Part shown: piece after piece, positions 20,663 to 31,132 of the stretch
Layout of the letters: each line of letters opens with the position of its first letter
Position numbering within the stretch: position 1 is the stretch's first letter
DNA from: Pseudogulbenkiania sp.
GTDB lineage: Bacteria; Pseudomonadota; Gammaproteobacteria; Burkholderiales; Chromobacteriaceae
DNA: 52,483 nucleotides
NCBI GenBank assembly: GCA_016192025.1
Contig: JACPUY010000279.1
Location: 1-52,483 of the forward strand
Direction of reading: 5' to 3'
Made by a program: the position numbers and the translations under genes
Notes under the pieces: model-generated
Database searches by the model: none
What the model saw: the letters and a program-made list of their open reading frames with translations, nothing else
Told to the model about the DNA's origin: nothing

Positions 20663-22711
20663 ATGAGCTCCCTACCCGATATCGCCAGCCAGCCACCCGC
20701 CGTGGCACCCGCCACCGCCAAGCGGCTGGAGAAGCTCGGCATCCGCCGCCGTTTCGATCTCATCCTGCACCTGCCGCTGCGCTACGAGGACGAGACCCAC
20801 CTGTTTCCAATCGCCCAGGCGCCGTACGGCCAGCCGGCGCTGGTCGAGGGCGAGGTCATTGCTCACGAGGTGCAGTACCGCCCGCGCAAGCAGCTCCTGG
20901 TGCAGCTCGAGGACAAGAGCGGCACGCTGATGCTGCGCTTCATCCATTTCTACCCCAACCACCTCAAGCAGCTGGAGCAGGGCAAGCGCGTGCGTGCGCT
21001 GGGCGAGGTGCGGCGCGGTTTCCACGGCGACGAGATGGTGCACCCGAAGATCCGCGAGGTGGTGGAGGGTGACCCGCTGGCCGACAGCCTCACCCCGATC
21101 TATCCCACCGTCAACGGCCTGACCCAGCCGGTGCTGCGCCGGCTGATCCATGCCGAGCTGAAGGCGCAAACCTTGGCCGAAACCCTGCCGGAAGCGGTGC
21201 GCCGGGAACTGGGACTGGTGCCGTTTGCCGACTCCATCCGCCTACTGCACGCGCCGACGCCGGAATACTCCGCCACGCAGCTGGCCGACCCGGCGTTGCC
21301 GGCCTGGCAGCGGCTGAAGTTCGACGAACTGCTGGCGCAGCAGCTGTCGATGCGGCTGGCCTACCGGGCGCGCCGGCGTGGCAAGGCACCGGTGATCGCC
21401 GGCGACGGACAGCTGCGCGCCGCGCTGTCCGCCAGCCTGCCGTTCGCGCTGACGGCGGCACAGCAGAAGGTGCTGGGCGAGATCACCGCGGACCTGGCGC
21501 AGGCCCACCCGATGCACCGCCTGCTGCAGGGCGACGTTGGCAGCGGCAAGACCGTCGTCGCGGCGCTGAGCGCGCTGGCGGCGATCGAGGCCGGCTTCCA
21601 GGTGGCGCTGATGGCGCCGACCGAGATCCTGGCCGAACAGCATTACCTCAAGCTGGCCGCCTGGCTGGCGCCGCTCGGCATCGAGGTGGCCTGGCTCAGC
21701 GGTTCACTGCGCAAGAAGCAGAAGACGGCCGCGCTGGAGCAGGTGGCCGGCGGCGCGGCGCGGTTGGTGATCGGCACCCACGCCTTGTTTCAGGACGAGG
21801 TGGTGTTCGACAACCTCGGTCTGTCCATCGTCGATGAGCAGCACCGTTTCGGCGTCGGCCAGCGCCTGGCACTGCAGGGCAAGGGAGGGGAACCGCACCA
21901 GCTGATGATGTCAGCCACGCCGATCCCGCGCACGCTGGCGATGAGCTTCTACGCCGATCTCGACGTCTCGGTGATCGACGAACTGCCGCCGGGGCGTACC
22001 CCGATCGTCACCAAGCTGATCAACAGCGCGCGCCGCGACGAGGTGGTGGCTTACGTCGACCGCACCTGCGCCAGTGGCCAGCAGGCCTACTGGGTGTGTC
22101 CGCTGATCGAGGAATCGGAAACGTTGCAACTGCAGACCGCGGTCGACACGCACGCCCAGTTGGCCGAAGACCTGCCGCAGTGGCGGGTCGGACTGGTGCA
22201 CGGACGGATGAAGCAGGCGGAAAAGGCGGAAGTGATGGCGGCGTTCGCCGCCAATGAACTGCAAGTGCTGGTGGCCACCACGGTGATCGAGGTCGGCGTC
22301 GACGTGCCCAACGCCAGCCTGATGGTGATCGAGCACGCCGAACGGATGGGGCTGGCGCAACTGCACCAGTTGCGCGGCCGGGTAGGGCGCGGCGCCGCCA
22401 AGAGCGCCTGCGTGCTAATGTTCGACCCCCCCTTGTCGGAGCTGGCCAAGGCGCGGCTCAAGGTGATCTACGAAAACACCGACGGCTTCGAGATTGCACG
22501 CCAGGACCTGAACATCCGCGGTCCCGGCGAATTCCTCGGGGCGCGCCAGAGCGGGCTGCCGATGCTGCGCTTCGCCAACCTGGAAGAAGACCTCGCGCTA
22601 TTGGAAGCCGCCAAGCAACTGGCCCCGGACATGCTGCAACGTTGGCCGAACGAAGCCGCCGCCCACCTCACGCGCTGGCTGGCCGGGCGCGAGCATTTCC
22701 TCAAAGCATGA
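20663..22711 (+). CDS. recG: ATP-dependent DNA helicase RecG
   Basis: HLPLRYED, LQGDVGSGKT, DEQHRFGV, MSATPIPRTL and QLHQLRGRVGRG. Confidence 0.97.
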   Translation: MSSLPDIASQPPAVAPATAKRLEKLGIRRRFDLILHLPLRYEDETHLFPIAQAPYGQPALVEGEVIAHEVQYRPRKQLLVQLEDKSGTLMLRFIHFYPNHLKQLEQGKRVRALGEVRRGFHGDEMVHPKIREVVEGDPLADSLTPIYPTVNGLTQPVLRRLIHAELKAQTLAETLPEAVRRELGLVPFADSIRLLHAPTPEYSATQLADPALPAWQRLKFDELLAQQLSMRLAYRARRRGKAPVIAGDGQLRAALSASLPFALTAAQQKVLGEITADLAQAHPMHRLLQGDVGSGKTVVAALSALAAIEAGFQVALMAPTEILAEQHYLKLAAWLAPLGIEVAWLSGSLRKKQKTAALEQVAGGAARLVIGTHALFQDEVVFDNLGLSIVDEQHRFGVGQRLALQGKGGEPHQLMMSATPIPRTLAMSFYADLDVSVIDELPPGRTPIVTKLINSARRDEVVAYVDRTCASGQQAYWVCPLIEESETLQLQTAVDTHAQLAEDLPQWRVGLVHGRMKQAEKAEVMAAFAANELQVLVATTVIEVGVDVPNASLMVIEHAERMGLAQLHQLRGRVGRGAAKSACVLMFDPPLSELAKARLKVIYENTDGFEIARQDLNIRGPGEFLGARQSGLPMLRFANLEEDLALLEAAKQLAPDMLQRWPNEAAAHLTRWLAGREHFLKA

Positions 22712-22738
22712 AAAAAGGGCCGCGTTGCTGCGGCCCTT
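22711..22738. terminator. Hairpin terminator between convergent recG and pit
   Basis: aagggccgc..gcggccctt stem with an A-run on the left (U-run for the minus strand). Confidence 0.65.
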
Positions 22739-22766
22739 GCCTTGCCTTGTCCTGCCCTGGTCAGTC

Positions 22767-24227
22767 TCAGCCGAACAGCTGCACGCCCAGGTAATACAGC
22801 CCGATGGTCATGGCCATGCACACCGGCAGCGTCAGCACCCAGGTCATCAGGATGCTCTTCAGCGTCGACCACTGCAGGCCGGAACGCCCCACCACCATGG
22901 TGCCGGCCACGGCACTCGACAGCACCTGGGTAGTCGACACCGGAGCGCCGATGGCGCTGGCCAGGCCGATGGAAATGCCGGCCATGGTCTGTGCCGCCAT
23001 GCCCTGCGAGTAGGTCATGTCCTTCTTGCCGATCTTCTCGCCGACGGTGAGCGCCACGCGCTTCCAGCCGACCATGGTACCGACGCCGATCGCCAGCGCC
23101 ACTGCCGCAATCACCCACAGCGGGGCATACTCGGTGGTGGCGGTCAGGTCATGCTGGATGCCCTTGAGCTGCTTCTTCTCCACGTCGTCGATATTGCCGA
23201 TCTTGGCGATCTTCTTGGCGCTGTCGGCCAGGCAGATCAGCTGGGTGCGTACCGCCCAGCGCCGGTTCTCCGCCAATTGCTGGTAGCTCTTCGACTCGCC
23301 GATCGCCGCCAGCAGCTCGCCGGCGTACTGTTGTGTGGCCGACGGACTGCAGCTGAACGAAGGGGCGGGTTTGGTCGGCGCGGGATACTGCGCCAGGATT
23401 GCCGCCTCGTTGCGCTGGTACAGCTCCTTCAGCTGCAGCGCGGCAATCTTTGTGTGCGCGATCTGGATCGGGTCGCTGTCGAGATTGACTACGAACTGCC
23501 CCGGCACGATGCCGATCAGCACCAGCATTACCAGGCCGACGCCCTTTTGGCCGTCGTTGGAACCGTGTGAAAAGCTCATCCCCATCGACGACACGATCAG
23601 CATGAAGCGCGCCCAGAACGGCGGGTGCTTGCGTCCTTCGATCTGCTGGCGCTGGTAAGGGCTCTTGTGGATGTTGCTGCGCGGCCGCCATTTCATCAGC
23701 ACGAATAGCATCAGCCCGGCCAGGCCGGCGCCGAACAGCGGCGAGAACAGCAGCGACAGGCCGACGTCGATCGCCTTGCTCCAGTTGATGCCGGTGGTGA
23801 TCGAGGTGCCGTTGATCAGCGAGTTACCGATGCCGACGCCGATGATCGAGCCGATCAGCGTGTGCGAGCTCGAGGTCGGGATGCCGAAGTACCAAGTGCC
23901 GAGGTTCCAGATGATGGCGGAGGTCAACAGCGCGAATACCATCACCAAGCCGCGGCTGGAGTTCACCGCTACTAGCAGATCCACCGGCAGCAGGTTGACG
24001 ATGGCGTAGGCCACCGCCAGCCCGCCGGTAAACACGCCGAGAAAGTTGAAAATCCCCGACAGCACTACCGCTGCCTGGGGTTTCATCGACTGGGTGTAAA
24101 TGACGGTCGCCACGGCGTTGGCGGTGTCGTGGAAGCCGTTGATGAACTCGAACGCCAGCACGAACCCCAGTGACAGGATCAGGGTCAGCGCCACATGGGT
24201 TTCCAGCCCTGAAAGAATGTCCAGCAT
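22767..24227 (-). CDS. pitA: PiT-family inorganic phosphate transporter
   Basis: NGFHDTANAVAT, PTSSSHTLIG, HGSNDGQKG and PVSTTQVLSS signatures. Confidence 0.92.
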   Translation of the reverse strand: MLDILSGLETHVALTLILSLGFVLAFEFINGFHDTANAVATVIYTQSMKPQAAVVLSGIFNFLGVFTGGLAVAYAIVNLLPVDLLVAVNSSRGLVMVFALLTSAIIWNLGTWYFGIPTSSSHTLIGSIIGVGIGNSLINGTSITTGINWSKAIDVGLSLLFSPLFGAGLAGLMLFVLMKWRPRSNIHKSPYQRQQIEGRKHPPFWARFMLIVSSMGMSFSHGSNDGQKGVGLVMLVLIGIVPGQFVVNLDSDPIQIAHTKIAALQLKELYQRNEAAILAQYPAPTKPAPSFSCSPSATQQYAGELLAAIGESKSYQQLAENRRWAVRTQLICLADSAKKIAKIGNIDDVEKKQLKGIQHDLTATTEYAPLWVIAAVALAIGVGTMVGWKRVALTVGEKIGKKDMTYSQGMAAQTMAGISIGLASAIGAPVSTTQVLSSAVAGTMVVGRSGLQWSTLKSILMTWVLTLPVCMAMTIGLYYLGVQLFG

Positions 24228-24232
24228 GATAA

Positions 24233-24288
24233 GTTACAAAAATATGAAAGAAGGGCGGGATTGTTGGCGCTGGCACGATGCACGTCAA
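24233..24288 (-). promoter_or_regulatory. Putative sigma70 promoter of pit with a downstream Pho box
   Basis: Minus strand: TTGACG (24288-24283), 17 bp, AACAAT (24265-24260), then CTTTCAT-ATTT-TTGTAAC (24250-24233) resembling CTGTCAT-N4-CTGTCAY. Confidence 0.5.
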
Positions 24289-24386
24289 GTTTTTCACGCC
24301 GGGTGTGGCAAGCGCCTCAGAGCCCGCTACGGCCGGCTTGACGTTGGCCGACCAGCAAGATGTCATAGCGCCGCGAGCAAGGGCGG

Positions 24387-24419
24387 TAAAAGGCAACGCC
24401 CCTGCGGGCAGGGGCGTTG
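24387..24419 (-). terminator. Terminator after pstB
   Basis: caacgcccctg/caggggcgttg 11-bp stem followed by CCTTTT on the minus strand. Confidence 0.6.
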
Positions 24420-24441
24420 AGGAGGGGAAGGTTTCGGATGA

Positions 24442-25206
24442 TCAGCCGAACTTGCCGGTGATGTAGTCCTCGGTTGCCTTCTTCTTCGGCGTGGTAAAGA
24501 TCGCGTCGGTATCGCCGAACTCGACCATCTCGCCTAGGTACATATAGGCGGTGTAGTCCGACACCCGCGCCGCCTGTTGCATATTGTGGGTCACGATGGC
24601 GATGGTGTAGTCCTCTTTCAGCTCGTGGATCAGCTCTTCGATGTGCGCCGTGGAGATTGGGTCCAGAGCCGAGGTCGGCTCATCCAGCAACAGCACTTCC
24701 GGGCGCGAGGCCACGGCGCGGGCGATGCACAGGCGCTGCTGCTGGCCGCCGGACAGTGAGTTGCCCGACTGTTTCAGCTTGTCCTTCACCTCGTTCCACA
24801 GTGCCGCCTTGCGCAGTGCCCATTCCACACGGTCGTCCATCTCCGCCTTCGACAGCTTCTCGTACAGCTTCACGCCGAAGGTGATGTTGTCGTAGATCGA
24901 CATCGGGAACGGCGTCGGCTTCTGGAACACCATGCCGACCTTGGCGCGCAGTAGGTTGATGTCGATGTCGCGGCCGAGGATGTTGTTGCCGTCGAGCAGG
25001 ATCTCGCCTTCGGCGTTCAGTCCAGGGTAGAGCTGGAACATGCGGTTGAAGGTACGCAGCAGCGTCGACTTGCCGCAACCGGACGGGCCGATGAAGGCGG
25101 TCACCTTGCGCGAGGCGATGTCGAGGTTGATGCCCTTCAGGGCGTGAAATTTGCCGTAGTAGAAGTTCAGATTCTTGACCTGAAGCTTGATGTTGTTTTC
25201 AGCCAT
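24442..25206 (-). CDS. pstB: Phosphate ABC transporter ATPase PstB
   Basis: [36 protein letters not shown] and YITGKFG. Confidence 0.97.
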   Translation of the reverse strand: MAENNIKLQVKNLNFYYGKFHALKGINLDIASRKVTAFIGPSGCGKSTLLRTFNRMFQLYPGLNAEGEILLDGNNILGRDIDINLLRAKVGMVFQKPTPFPMSIYDNITFGVKLYEKLSKAEMDDRVEWALRKAALWNEVKDKLKQSGNSLSGGQQQRLCIARAVASRPEVLLLDEPTSALDPISTAHIEELIHELKEDYTIAIVTHNMQQAARVSDYTAYMYLGEMVEFGDTDAIFTTPKKKATEDYITGKFG

Positions 25207-25218
25207 GTCCGTCAAGCC

Positions 25219-26145
25219 TTAATGCGATTGGGTTTTCTGACTGCCCATCCAGCGGGCAACGATGTTCAGCGCTAGTACGCTGAAGGTGATCAGCAGAGAC
25301 CCGGCCCAGGCCAGGGTATGCCAGTCCTCGTAGGGGCTCATGGCAAACTGGAAGATCACGATCGGCAGGTTGGCCATCGGCTGGTTCATGTTGCTGTTCC
25401 AGAACTGGTTGTTCAGCGCGGTGAATAGCAGCGGCGCGGTTTCGCCGGAAATGCGCGCCACGGCCAGCAGGATGCCGGTCAGCACCCCGGCCTTGGCCGA
25501 GCGCAGGGTCACGTACAGTGTCACCTTCCACTGCGGAGCACCCAGCGCCGCGGCGGCTTCGCGCAGGCTGCCCGGCACCAGTCGCAGCATGTTCTCGGTG
25601 GTGCGTACCACCACCGGAATCACCAGGATCGACAAGGCCAGCGCGCCGGCCCAGCCGGAGAAGTGTCCGACGCTGACCACGTACATCTCATAGATAAACA
25701 GGCCGATCACGATGGACGGTGCCGACAGCAGGATGTCGTTGATGAAGCGGGTCGCCGGCGCCAGCCAGCCGCGCTGGCCGAACTCGGCCAAGTACACCCC
25801 CGCCAGGATGCCGATAGGGGTGCCGATCAAGGTGCCGAATAGGGTCATCAGCAGGCTGCCGTAAATGGCGTTGGCCAAGCCGCCGGCGCTGCCCGGCGGC
25901 GGCGTGCTGCGGCTGAACACGTCCAGCGTCAATCCGCCGAGGCCCTGGTCGACCAGCGTCAGCAGGATCCAGAACAGCCAGAACAGGCCGAACACCATGG
26001 CCATCATCGACGCCCCCATGTTGAAGGCGTTGATCAGGCGGCGGCGACGGTAAATCGATGGGTTCATGGCGAAGCGGCCGGTTTGCCCTGACGTCTCGGT
26101 CAGCGCGGACGGGACGGAGGCAGGGGTATGCGTACGATCATTCAT
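25219..26145 (-). CDS. pstA: Phosphate ABC transporter permease PstA (start uncertain)
   Basis: [19 protein letters not shown] and [13 protein letters not shown]; the ATG overlaps the pstC stop (TAATG). Confidence 0.93.
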   Translation of the reverse strand: MNDRTHTPASVPSALTETSGQTGRFAMNPSIYRRRRLINAFNMGASMMAMVFGLFWLFWILLTLVDQGLGGLTLDVFSRSTPPPGSAGGLANAIYGSLLMTLFGTLIGTPIGILAGVYLAEFGQRGWLAPATRFINDILLSAPSIVIGLFIYEMYVVSVGHFSGWAGALALSILVIPVVVRTTENMLRLVPGSLREAAAALGAPQWKVTLYVTLRSAKAGVLTGILLAVARISGETAPLLFTALNNQFWNSNMNQPMANLPIVIFQFAMSPYEDWHTLAWAGSLLITFSVLALNIVARWMGSQKTQSH

Positions 26146-27107
26146 TATGAAGCCTTCCCTTCCTGCTGTTTCAGGCGCAACAACAGTATCTTGGAGCAAG
26201 CCAGCACGACGAAGGTGATGAAGAACAGGATCAGGCCGAGCTGGATCAGCGACGACAGATACAGCTCGCCGCTGGCTTCGGCAAATTCGTTGGCCAGCGA
26301 CGAGGCGATCGAGTTACCCGGCTCGAACAGGCCGGTGGCAAAGTTCGACGAGTTGCCGATTACGAAGGTCACCGCCATCGTTTCCCCCAGCGCGCGGCCC
26401 AGACCGAGCATGATGCCGCCGACCACGCCGGTCTTGGTGTACGGCAGCACCACGTAGCGCACCACCTCCCAGGTGGTGGAACCCAGACCGTAGGCCGACT
26501 CCTTGAGCAGGGTCGGAACCACTTCAAACACGTCGCGCATCACCGAAGCGATGAACGGGATGATCATGATCGCCAGGATCAGTCCGGCGGTGAAAATGCC
26601 GATCCCCATCGGCGCGCCCTGGAACAGGAAGCCGATCAGCGGCACTTCGCCCAGGTTGTCGATCAGCATCGGCTGGACATGGTCGGCGAACAGCGGGGCG
26701 AACACGAACAGGCCCCACATGCCGTAGATGATCGACGGAATGCCCGCCAGCAATTCAACGGCTATGCCCAGCGGGCGCTTGAGCCAGGGGGGGCACAGTT
26801 CGGTCAGGAACAGCGCGATGCCGAAGCTGACCGGCACGCCGATCAACAGGGCAATGAACGAGGTGGCCAGGGTGCCGTAAATCGGTACCAGCGCGCCGAA
26901 CTTCTCGGCCACCGGGTCCCAGTCGCTGGTGACGAAGAAGCGCCAGCCGAACGCCTTGATGCTGGGCAGGGCGCCGATGACAAGAGAAATCAGGATGCCG
27001 ATCAATAGTGCCAGTACCAGGAACGCAAACGCCTGGGTCACATTCCTGAACAGCTTGTCGAGCAGCATCTGGCGGTTCATCCGCTGCTCGTTATTGTACT
27101 TTTCCAT
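26145..27107 (-). CDS. pstC: Phosphate ABC transporter permease PstC
   Basis: [22 protein letters not shown] and ANEFAEA. Confidence 0.95.
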   Translation of the reverse strand: MEKYNNEQRMNRQMLLDKLFRNVTQAFAFLVLALLIGILISLVIGALPSIKAFGWRFFVTSDWDPVAEKFGALVPIYGTLATSFIALLIGVPVSFGIALFLTELCPPWLKRPLGIAVELLAGIPSIIYGMWGLFVFAPLFADHVQPMLIDNLGEVPLIGFLFQGAPMGIGIFTAGLILAIMIIPFIASVMRDVFEVVPTLLKESAYGLGSTTWEVVRYVVLPYTKTGVVGGIMLGLGRALGETMAVTFVIGNSSNFATGLFEPGNSIASSLANEFAEASGELYLSSLIQLGLILFFITFVVLACSKILLLRLKQQEGKAS

Positions 27108-27134
27108 GAAGGACTCTACGTATTCGATTCAGAC

Positions 27135-27162
27135 AAAAAGCCGGGGAGAGTGTCTCCCCGGC
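27135..27162 (-). terminator. Intercistronic hairpin with U-run between pstS and pstC
   Basis: gccggggaga/tctccccggc 10-bp stem with 5 U on the minus strand. Confidence 0.55.
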
Positions 27163-27226
27163 CTCGTTGCCCGGCGCTGGCAGGGCAGGAGCCCCTATTG
27201 TGCCATCCGCCGGTCTGAATGGCGAT

Positions 27227-28267
27227 TTACTTCCAGATGGCCTTGCTGCCGTTGTCGGTGATCTGCTTCCAGCTGTCGCGGATGGTGGCCTTGACGTTGG
27301 CCGGCATCGGGATGTAGTCCAGGTCCAGTGCGGCCTTGTCGCCGTTCTTGTAGGCCCAGTCGAAGAATTTCAGCGCTTCGCCGCCTTGCTCCGGCTTGTC
27401 CTGTTTCTTGTGCATCAGGATGAAGGTGGCGCCGGAGATCGGCCAGCTGGTCTTGCCCGGCTGATTGGTCAGGATCAGGTAGAAGCCCGGGGCGTTTTTC
27501 CAGTCGGCGTTGCCGGCGGCGGCCTTGAAGCTCTCCTCGCTCGGAGCGACGTAGCTGCCGGCCTGGTTCTGCAGCTGACCGTGGGACAGCTTGTTCTGCT
27601 TGGCGTAGGCGTACTCGACGTAGCCGATGGCGCCCTTGATGCGGGTCACGTAGTTGGCCACGCCCTCGTTACCCTTGCCACCCACCCCGGTCGGCCAGTT
27701 CACGGCGGTGTTGGAACCGACCTTGCCGGCCCAGTCGCTGGACACCTTGGACAGGTAGTTGGTGAAGATGAAGGTGGTGCCGGAGCCGTCGGAGCGGCGC
27801 ACCACGGTGATCTTCTGTTCCGGCAGCTTGACGCCCGGGTTCAGGCTGGCGATGGCCGGGTCGTTCCACTTGCTGACCTTGCCCAGGAAAATGTCGGCCA
27901 GCAGCTGGCCGGAGAACTTGATCTGACCGGCGGCAACGCCCGGCAGGTTGTACACAGGCACCACGCCGCCGATCACGGTCGGAAACTGGGTCAGGTTGGA
28001 CTTGGCCAGCTCTTCCGGTTTCAGCGGCATGTCGGATGCGCCGAAGTCGACGGTCTTGGACTGGATCTGTTTGATGCCACCGCCCGAACCGATCGACTGA
28101 TAGTTCATGTTGTTGTTGCTGGCAGCCTTGTAAGCCTCGGCCCATTTTGCGTACAGCGGGTAAGGGAAGGTAGCGCCGGCACCGGTAATGTCTGCGGCGA
28201 AAGCCGTACCGGAAACAACGGCACCCGTCAGAACCAGAGAGGCGGCCAGGCGAATGGACTGTTTCAT
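27227..28267 (-). CDS. pstS: Phosphate-binding protein PstS
   Basis: Signal peptide, GAGATFP, GSGGG, DFGASD and RRSDGSGTT. Confidence 0.97.
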   Translation of the reverse strand: MKQSIRLAASLVLTGAVVSGTAFAADITGAGATFPYPLYAKWAEAYKAASNNNMNYQSIGSGGGIKQIQSKTVDFGASDMPLKPEELAKSNLTQFPTVIGGVVPVYNLPGVAAGQIKFSGQLLADIFLGKVSKWNDPAIASLNPGVKLPEQKITVVRRSDGSGTTFIFTNYLSKVSSDWAGKVGSNTAVNWPTGVGGKGNEGVANYVTRIKGAIGYVEYAYAKQNKLSHGQLQNQAGSYVAPSEESFKAAAGNADWKNAPGFYLILTNQPGKTSWPISGATFILMHKKQDKPEQGGEALKFFDWAYKNGDKAALDLDYIPMPANVKATIRDSWKQITDNGSKAIWK

Positions 28268-28305
28268 ACTTACTCCGTGTGAGCGACAAAATTGACGATG
28301 GGCGC

Positions 28306-28339
28306 ATCGTAGCCCCGGTAGTTTGCAGAAATATTACAA
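28306..28339 (-). promoter_or_regulatory. Putative PhoB-activated pstS promoter
   Basis: Minus strand: TTGTAAT-ATTT-CTGCAAA (28339-28322), then exactly 10 bp, then TACGAT (-10). This is the canonical Pho-box to -10 spacing. Confidence 0.55.
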
Positions 28340-28368
28340 GTTGTCTTTTTGACGCAGGCGAGGGCAGC

Positions 28369-28396
28369 TTGACGCTCTGATGATCGGGGATATAAT
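28369..28396 (+). promoter_or_regulatory. Putative sigma70 promoter of tpiA-secG
   Basis: TTGACG, 16 bp, TATAAT; ends 26 nt upstream of the tpiA ATG. Confidence 0.6.
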
Positions 28397-28422
28397 GCGC
28401 GACGATATATTGTGGGGGTGTT

Positions 28423-29169
28423 ATGACGGATAAACTGGTGATTGGTAACTGGAAAATGCATGGCCGCCATGCCTTCAATGCGCGGCTTGTAGAGCAGTTG
28501 CTGTCGTCGGAACAGGTCAACCGTTCCGGCGTCGCCCTTGCGGTGCCCGCGCCTTACCTGGTGTCGGTCGGCGAATTGCTGCAGGGGAGTCGTCTTTCTC
28601 TTGCCGCCCAGGACGTCAGCCGCTTTGCCGACGACGGCGCCTACACCGGTGAAATCTCGGCCGGCATGCTGGCCGACGTCGGCTGCGCCTATGTGCTGGT
28701 CGGCCACTCCGAGCGCAGACAGTATCTGAACGAGGGGGGCGAGCAGCTTCGTCAGAAGCTGCTCAATGCCATAGCGGCCGGCCTGACGCCCGTCTATTGT
28801 GTCGGCGAAACGCTGGCGGAGCGTGAAGCGGGGCGCCATCTCGAGGTGATCCGCGATCAGTTGTCGGTGCTGGAAGGGATCGACAGTGACGCCATGGTGG
28901 TGGCCTATGAACCGGTCTGGGCCATCGGCACGGGCAGGGTGGCCAGCCTCGAGCAGATCGAGGAAATCCACCGCGAAATAAAGGCCGAATGCTTGCGCCG
29001 GCTAACGGGCTCTGCTACTATTCTCGTCCTCTACGGCGGTAGCGTCAAAGCGGAAAATGCGATGGCTATCCTGTCCGTCGATAATGTAGACGGGGCTCTG
29101 GTAGGGGGTGCGTCCCTGGTGTCTGAGTCATTCTCGGTGATTTGCCAAGCCGCTAAGAAATTGATATAG
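28423..29169 (+). CDS. tpiA: Triosephosphate isomerase
   Basis: [29 protein letters not shown] and [10 protein letters not shown]. Confidence 0.97.
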   Translation: MTDKLVIGNWKMHGRHAFNARLVEQLLSSEQVNRSGVALAVPAPYLVSVGELLQGSRLSLAAQDVSRFADDGAYTGEISAGMLADVGCAYVLVGHSERRQYLNEGGEQLRQKLLNAIAAGLTPVYCVGETLAEREAGRHLEVIRDQLSVLEGIDSDAMVVAYEPVWAIGTGRVASLEQIEEIHREIKAECLRRLTGSATILVLYGGSVKAENAMAILSVDNVDGALVGGASLVSESFSVICQAAKKLI

Positions 29170-29170
29170 T

Positions 29171-29515
29171 ATGGAAATTCTAAAAACGATCGTTTGGGTA
29201 GTCAATATCGTGTCCGCGATATCGATTATCGTCCTTGTCCTGATGCAGCATGGCAAGGGTGCCGATATGGGTGCGGCGTTCGGAGCGGGTTCTTCGGGTA
29301 GTTTGTTTGGAGCTTCGGGCTCGGCTAACTTCCTGAGTCGTACTACTGCTGTTGCAGCTATTGTGTTTTTTTCGACCTGTCTTGCCCTGGTCAAACTCTC
29401 GGCTGGTCCCTCGAGTGAGTTGGGTGTGATGGGTGGGCAAGTTGAACATGCTGCGCCGCAACTCCCGGGCGGCGCCGCGGATCAGAAGCCTGCCGGTTCA
29501 AAGATACCGGATTAA
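29171..29515 (+). CDS. secG: Preprotein translocase subunit SecG
   Basis: LMQHGKGADMGAAFG and SLFGASGSANFLSR; tpiA-secG-tRNA-Leu synteny. Confidence 0.95.
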   Translation: MEILKTIVWVVNIVSAISIIVLVLMQHGKGADMGAAFGAGSSGSLFGASGSANFLSRTTAVAAIVFFSTCLALVKLSAGPSSELGVMGGQVEHAAPQLPGGAADQKPAGSKIPD

Positions 29516-29528
29516 AATTTTATTTTGT

Positions 29529-29613
29529 GCCGACATGGTGAAATTGGTAGACACGCTATCTTGAGGGGGTAGTGGCGAAAGCTGTGTGAGTTCGAGTCTC
29601 ACTGTCGGCACCA
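29529..29613 (+). tRNA. tRNA-Leu (anticodon GAG)
   Basis: GCCGACA/TGTCGGC acceptor stem, D-loop TGGTAGACAC, anticodon arm CTATC-TTGAGGG-GGTAG, long variable arm, TTCGAG T-loop and encoded CCA; 85 nt. Confidence 0.95.
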
Positions 29614-29617
29614 CCGT

Positions 29618-29658
29618 AAAAAACAGGCCACCGGGATTCCGGTGGCCTGTTTTATTTT
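29618..29658 (+). terminator. Terminator after tRNA-Leu
   Basis: aaaacaggccaccgg/ccggtggcctgtttt perfect stem plus T-run. Confidence 0.8.
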
Positions 29659-29703
29659 GAGCCAAGGAGGGTCACACCTCCTTTTTTTGGGGGTGTACGG
29701 GGA

Positions 29704-30060
29704 ATGCTGCAAAATTACTTTCCCATTCTGTTGTTCGTCATAGTAGGGCTCTTGGTTGGCGTCGGTCCCATCCTGCTGGGTTGGCTGCTGGCTCCCAATC
29801 GTCCTGATCCCGAAAAACTCTCTCCTTACGAGTGCGGCTTCGAAGCCTTTGAGGACGCGCGCATGAAGTTCGACGTGCGTTACTACCTCGTAGCCATCCT
29901 CTTCATTCTGTTCGATCTCGAAATCACCTTCCTGTTTCCGTGGGCCGTCGTGCTGAAGGAACTGGGTGCGTTCGGTTTTGGTGTCATGGTGGAGTTCATT
30001 GCGGTTCTGACGCTCGGCTTCGTCTACATGTGGAAAAAGGGAGCCCTGGAATGGGAGTAG
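29704..30060 (+). CDS. nuoA: NADH-quinone oxidoreductase subunit A
   Basis: [24 protein letters not shown] and GALEWE. Confidence 0.96.
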   Translation: MLQNYFPILLFVIVGLLVGVGPILLGWLLAPNRPDPEKLSPYECGFEAFEDARMKFDVRYYLVAILFILFDLEITFLFPWAVVLKELGAFGFGVMVEFIAVLTLGFVYMWKKGALEWE

Positions 30061-30527
30061 AAGGCATTCTCGAAAAAGGTTTCATCACCACCACCGCCGA
30101 TAAGCTCATCAACTATACGCGTACCGGTTCGTTGTGGCCGATGACCTTTGGTCTGGCCTGCTGTGCGGTGGAAATGATGCACGCGGGTGCGGCCCGCTAC
30201 GATCTTGATCGCTTCGGTGTGGTATTCCGCCCGAGTCCGCGCCAGTCCGATCTGATGATCGTGGCCGGGACGCTGTGCAACAAGATGGCTCCCGCCCTGC
30301 GCAAGGTCTACGACCAGATGGCCGAGCCGCGCTGGGTGATCTCCATGGGTTCCTGTGCCAACGGTGGTGGCTACTATCACTATTCGTACTCCGTGGTGCG
30401 GGGTTGCGACCGAATCGTTCCTGTGGATGTTTACGTGCCGGGCTGTCCTCCGACTGCCGAAGCTCTGCTCTACGGCATCATCCAGCTGCAGAACAAGATC
30501 AAACGTACTAACACCATTGCCCGCTAA
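30051..30527 (+). CDS. nuoB: NADH-quinone oxidoreductase subunit B
   Basis: [16 protein letters not shown] and PGCPPTAE. Confidence 0.97.
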   Translation: MGVEGILEKGFITTTADKLINYTRTGSLWPMTFGLACCAVEMMHAGAARYDLDRFGVVFRPSPRQSDLMIVAGTLCNKMAPALRKVYDQMAEPRWVISMGSCANGGGYYHYSYSVVRGCDRIVPVDVYVPGCPPTAEALLYGIIQLQNKIKRTNTIAR

Positions 30528-30538
30528 GGTAGAAACCC

Positions 30539-31132
30539 ATGGCCTCCAAAATGGAAGCGCTCAAGTCGGTTGTCGAGCAGGTTCTGGGCGACAGGCTTGT
30601 CCAAAGCACCCTGGCGCTCGACGAGTTGAGCATCGTCTGCAAGGCAGAAAACATCGTCGAAGTGGCCACCCTGCTGCGCGATCATGCCGAGTTGTCGTTT
30701 GAACAACTGATCGATCTGTGCGGCGTCGACTACAGCACCTATAAGGACCAGCCTTGGGATGGTCCGCGCTTTGCCGTTGTCTATCATCTGTTGTCCCTCA
30801 AGCATAACTGGCGCATCCGCCTGAAGACTTTCGCACCGGAAGACGTTTTCCCCGTGCTGAATTCCGTCGTCGGCGTGTGGAATTCCGCCAACTGGTTCGA
30901 GCGCGAAGCATTCGACTTCTTCGGTATCGTCTTCGACGGCCATCCGGACCTGCGTCGCCTGCTGACCGACTACGGTTTTGTCGGCCATCCGTTCCGCAAG
31001 GACTTCCCTGTGTCCGGTTACGTCGAGATGCGTTACGACCCGACGCAGCAACGGGTGATCTACCAGCCGGTTACCATCGAACCGCGGGAAATCACCCCGC
31101 GCATCATTCGCGAGGAGACCTACGGTGGCTGA
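30539..31132 (+). CDS. nuoC: NADH-quinone oxidoreductase subunit C
   Basis: [15 protein letters not shown] and GHPFRKDFP. Confidence 0.96.
   Translation: MASKMEALKSVVEQVLGDRLVQSTLALDELSIVCKAENIVEVATLLRDHAELSFEQLIDLCGVDYSTYKDQPWDGPRFAVVYHLLSLKHNWRIRLKTFAPEDVFPVLNSVVGVWNSANWFEREAFDFFGIVFDGHPDLRRLLTDYGFVGHPFRKDFPVSGYVEMRYDPTQQRVIYQPVTIEPREITPRIIREETYGG

Noticed and set aside
29529-29660. tRNA-Leu as an island attachment site
   Set aside because: Directly followed by its terminator and nuoA. No integrase and no duplicated 3' end seen.
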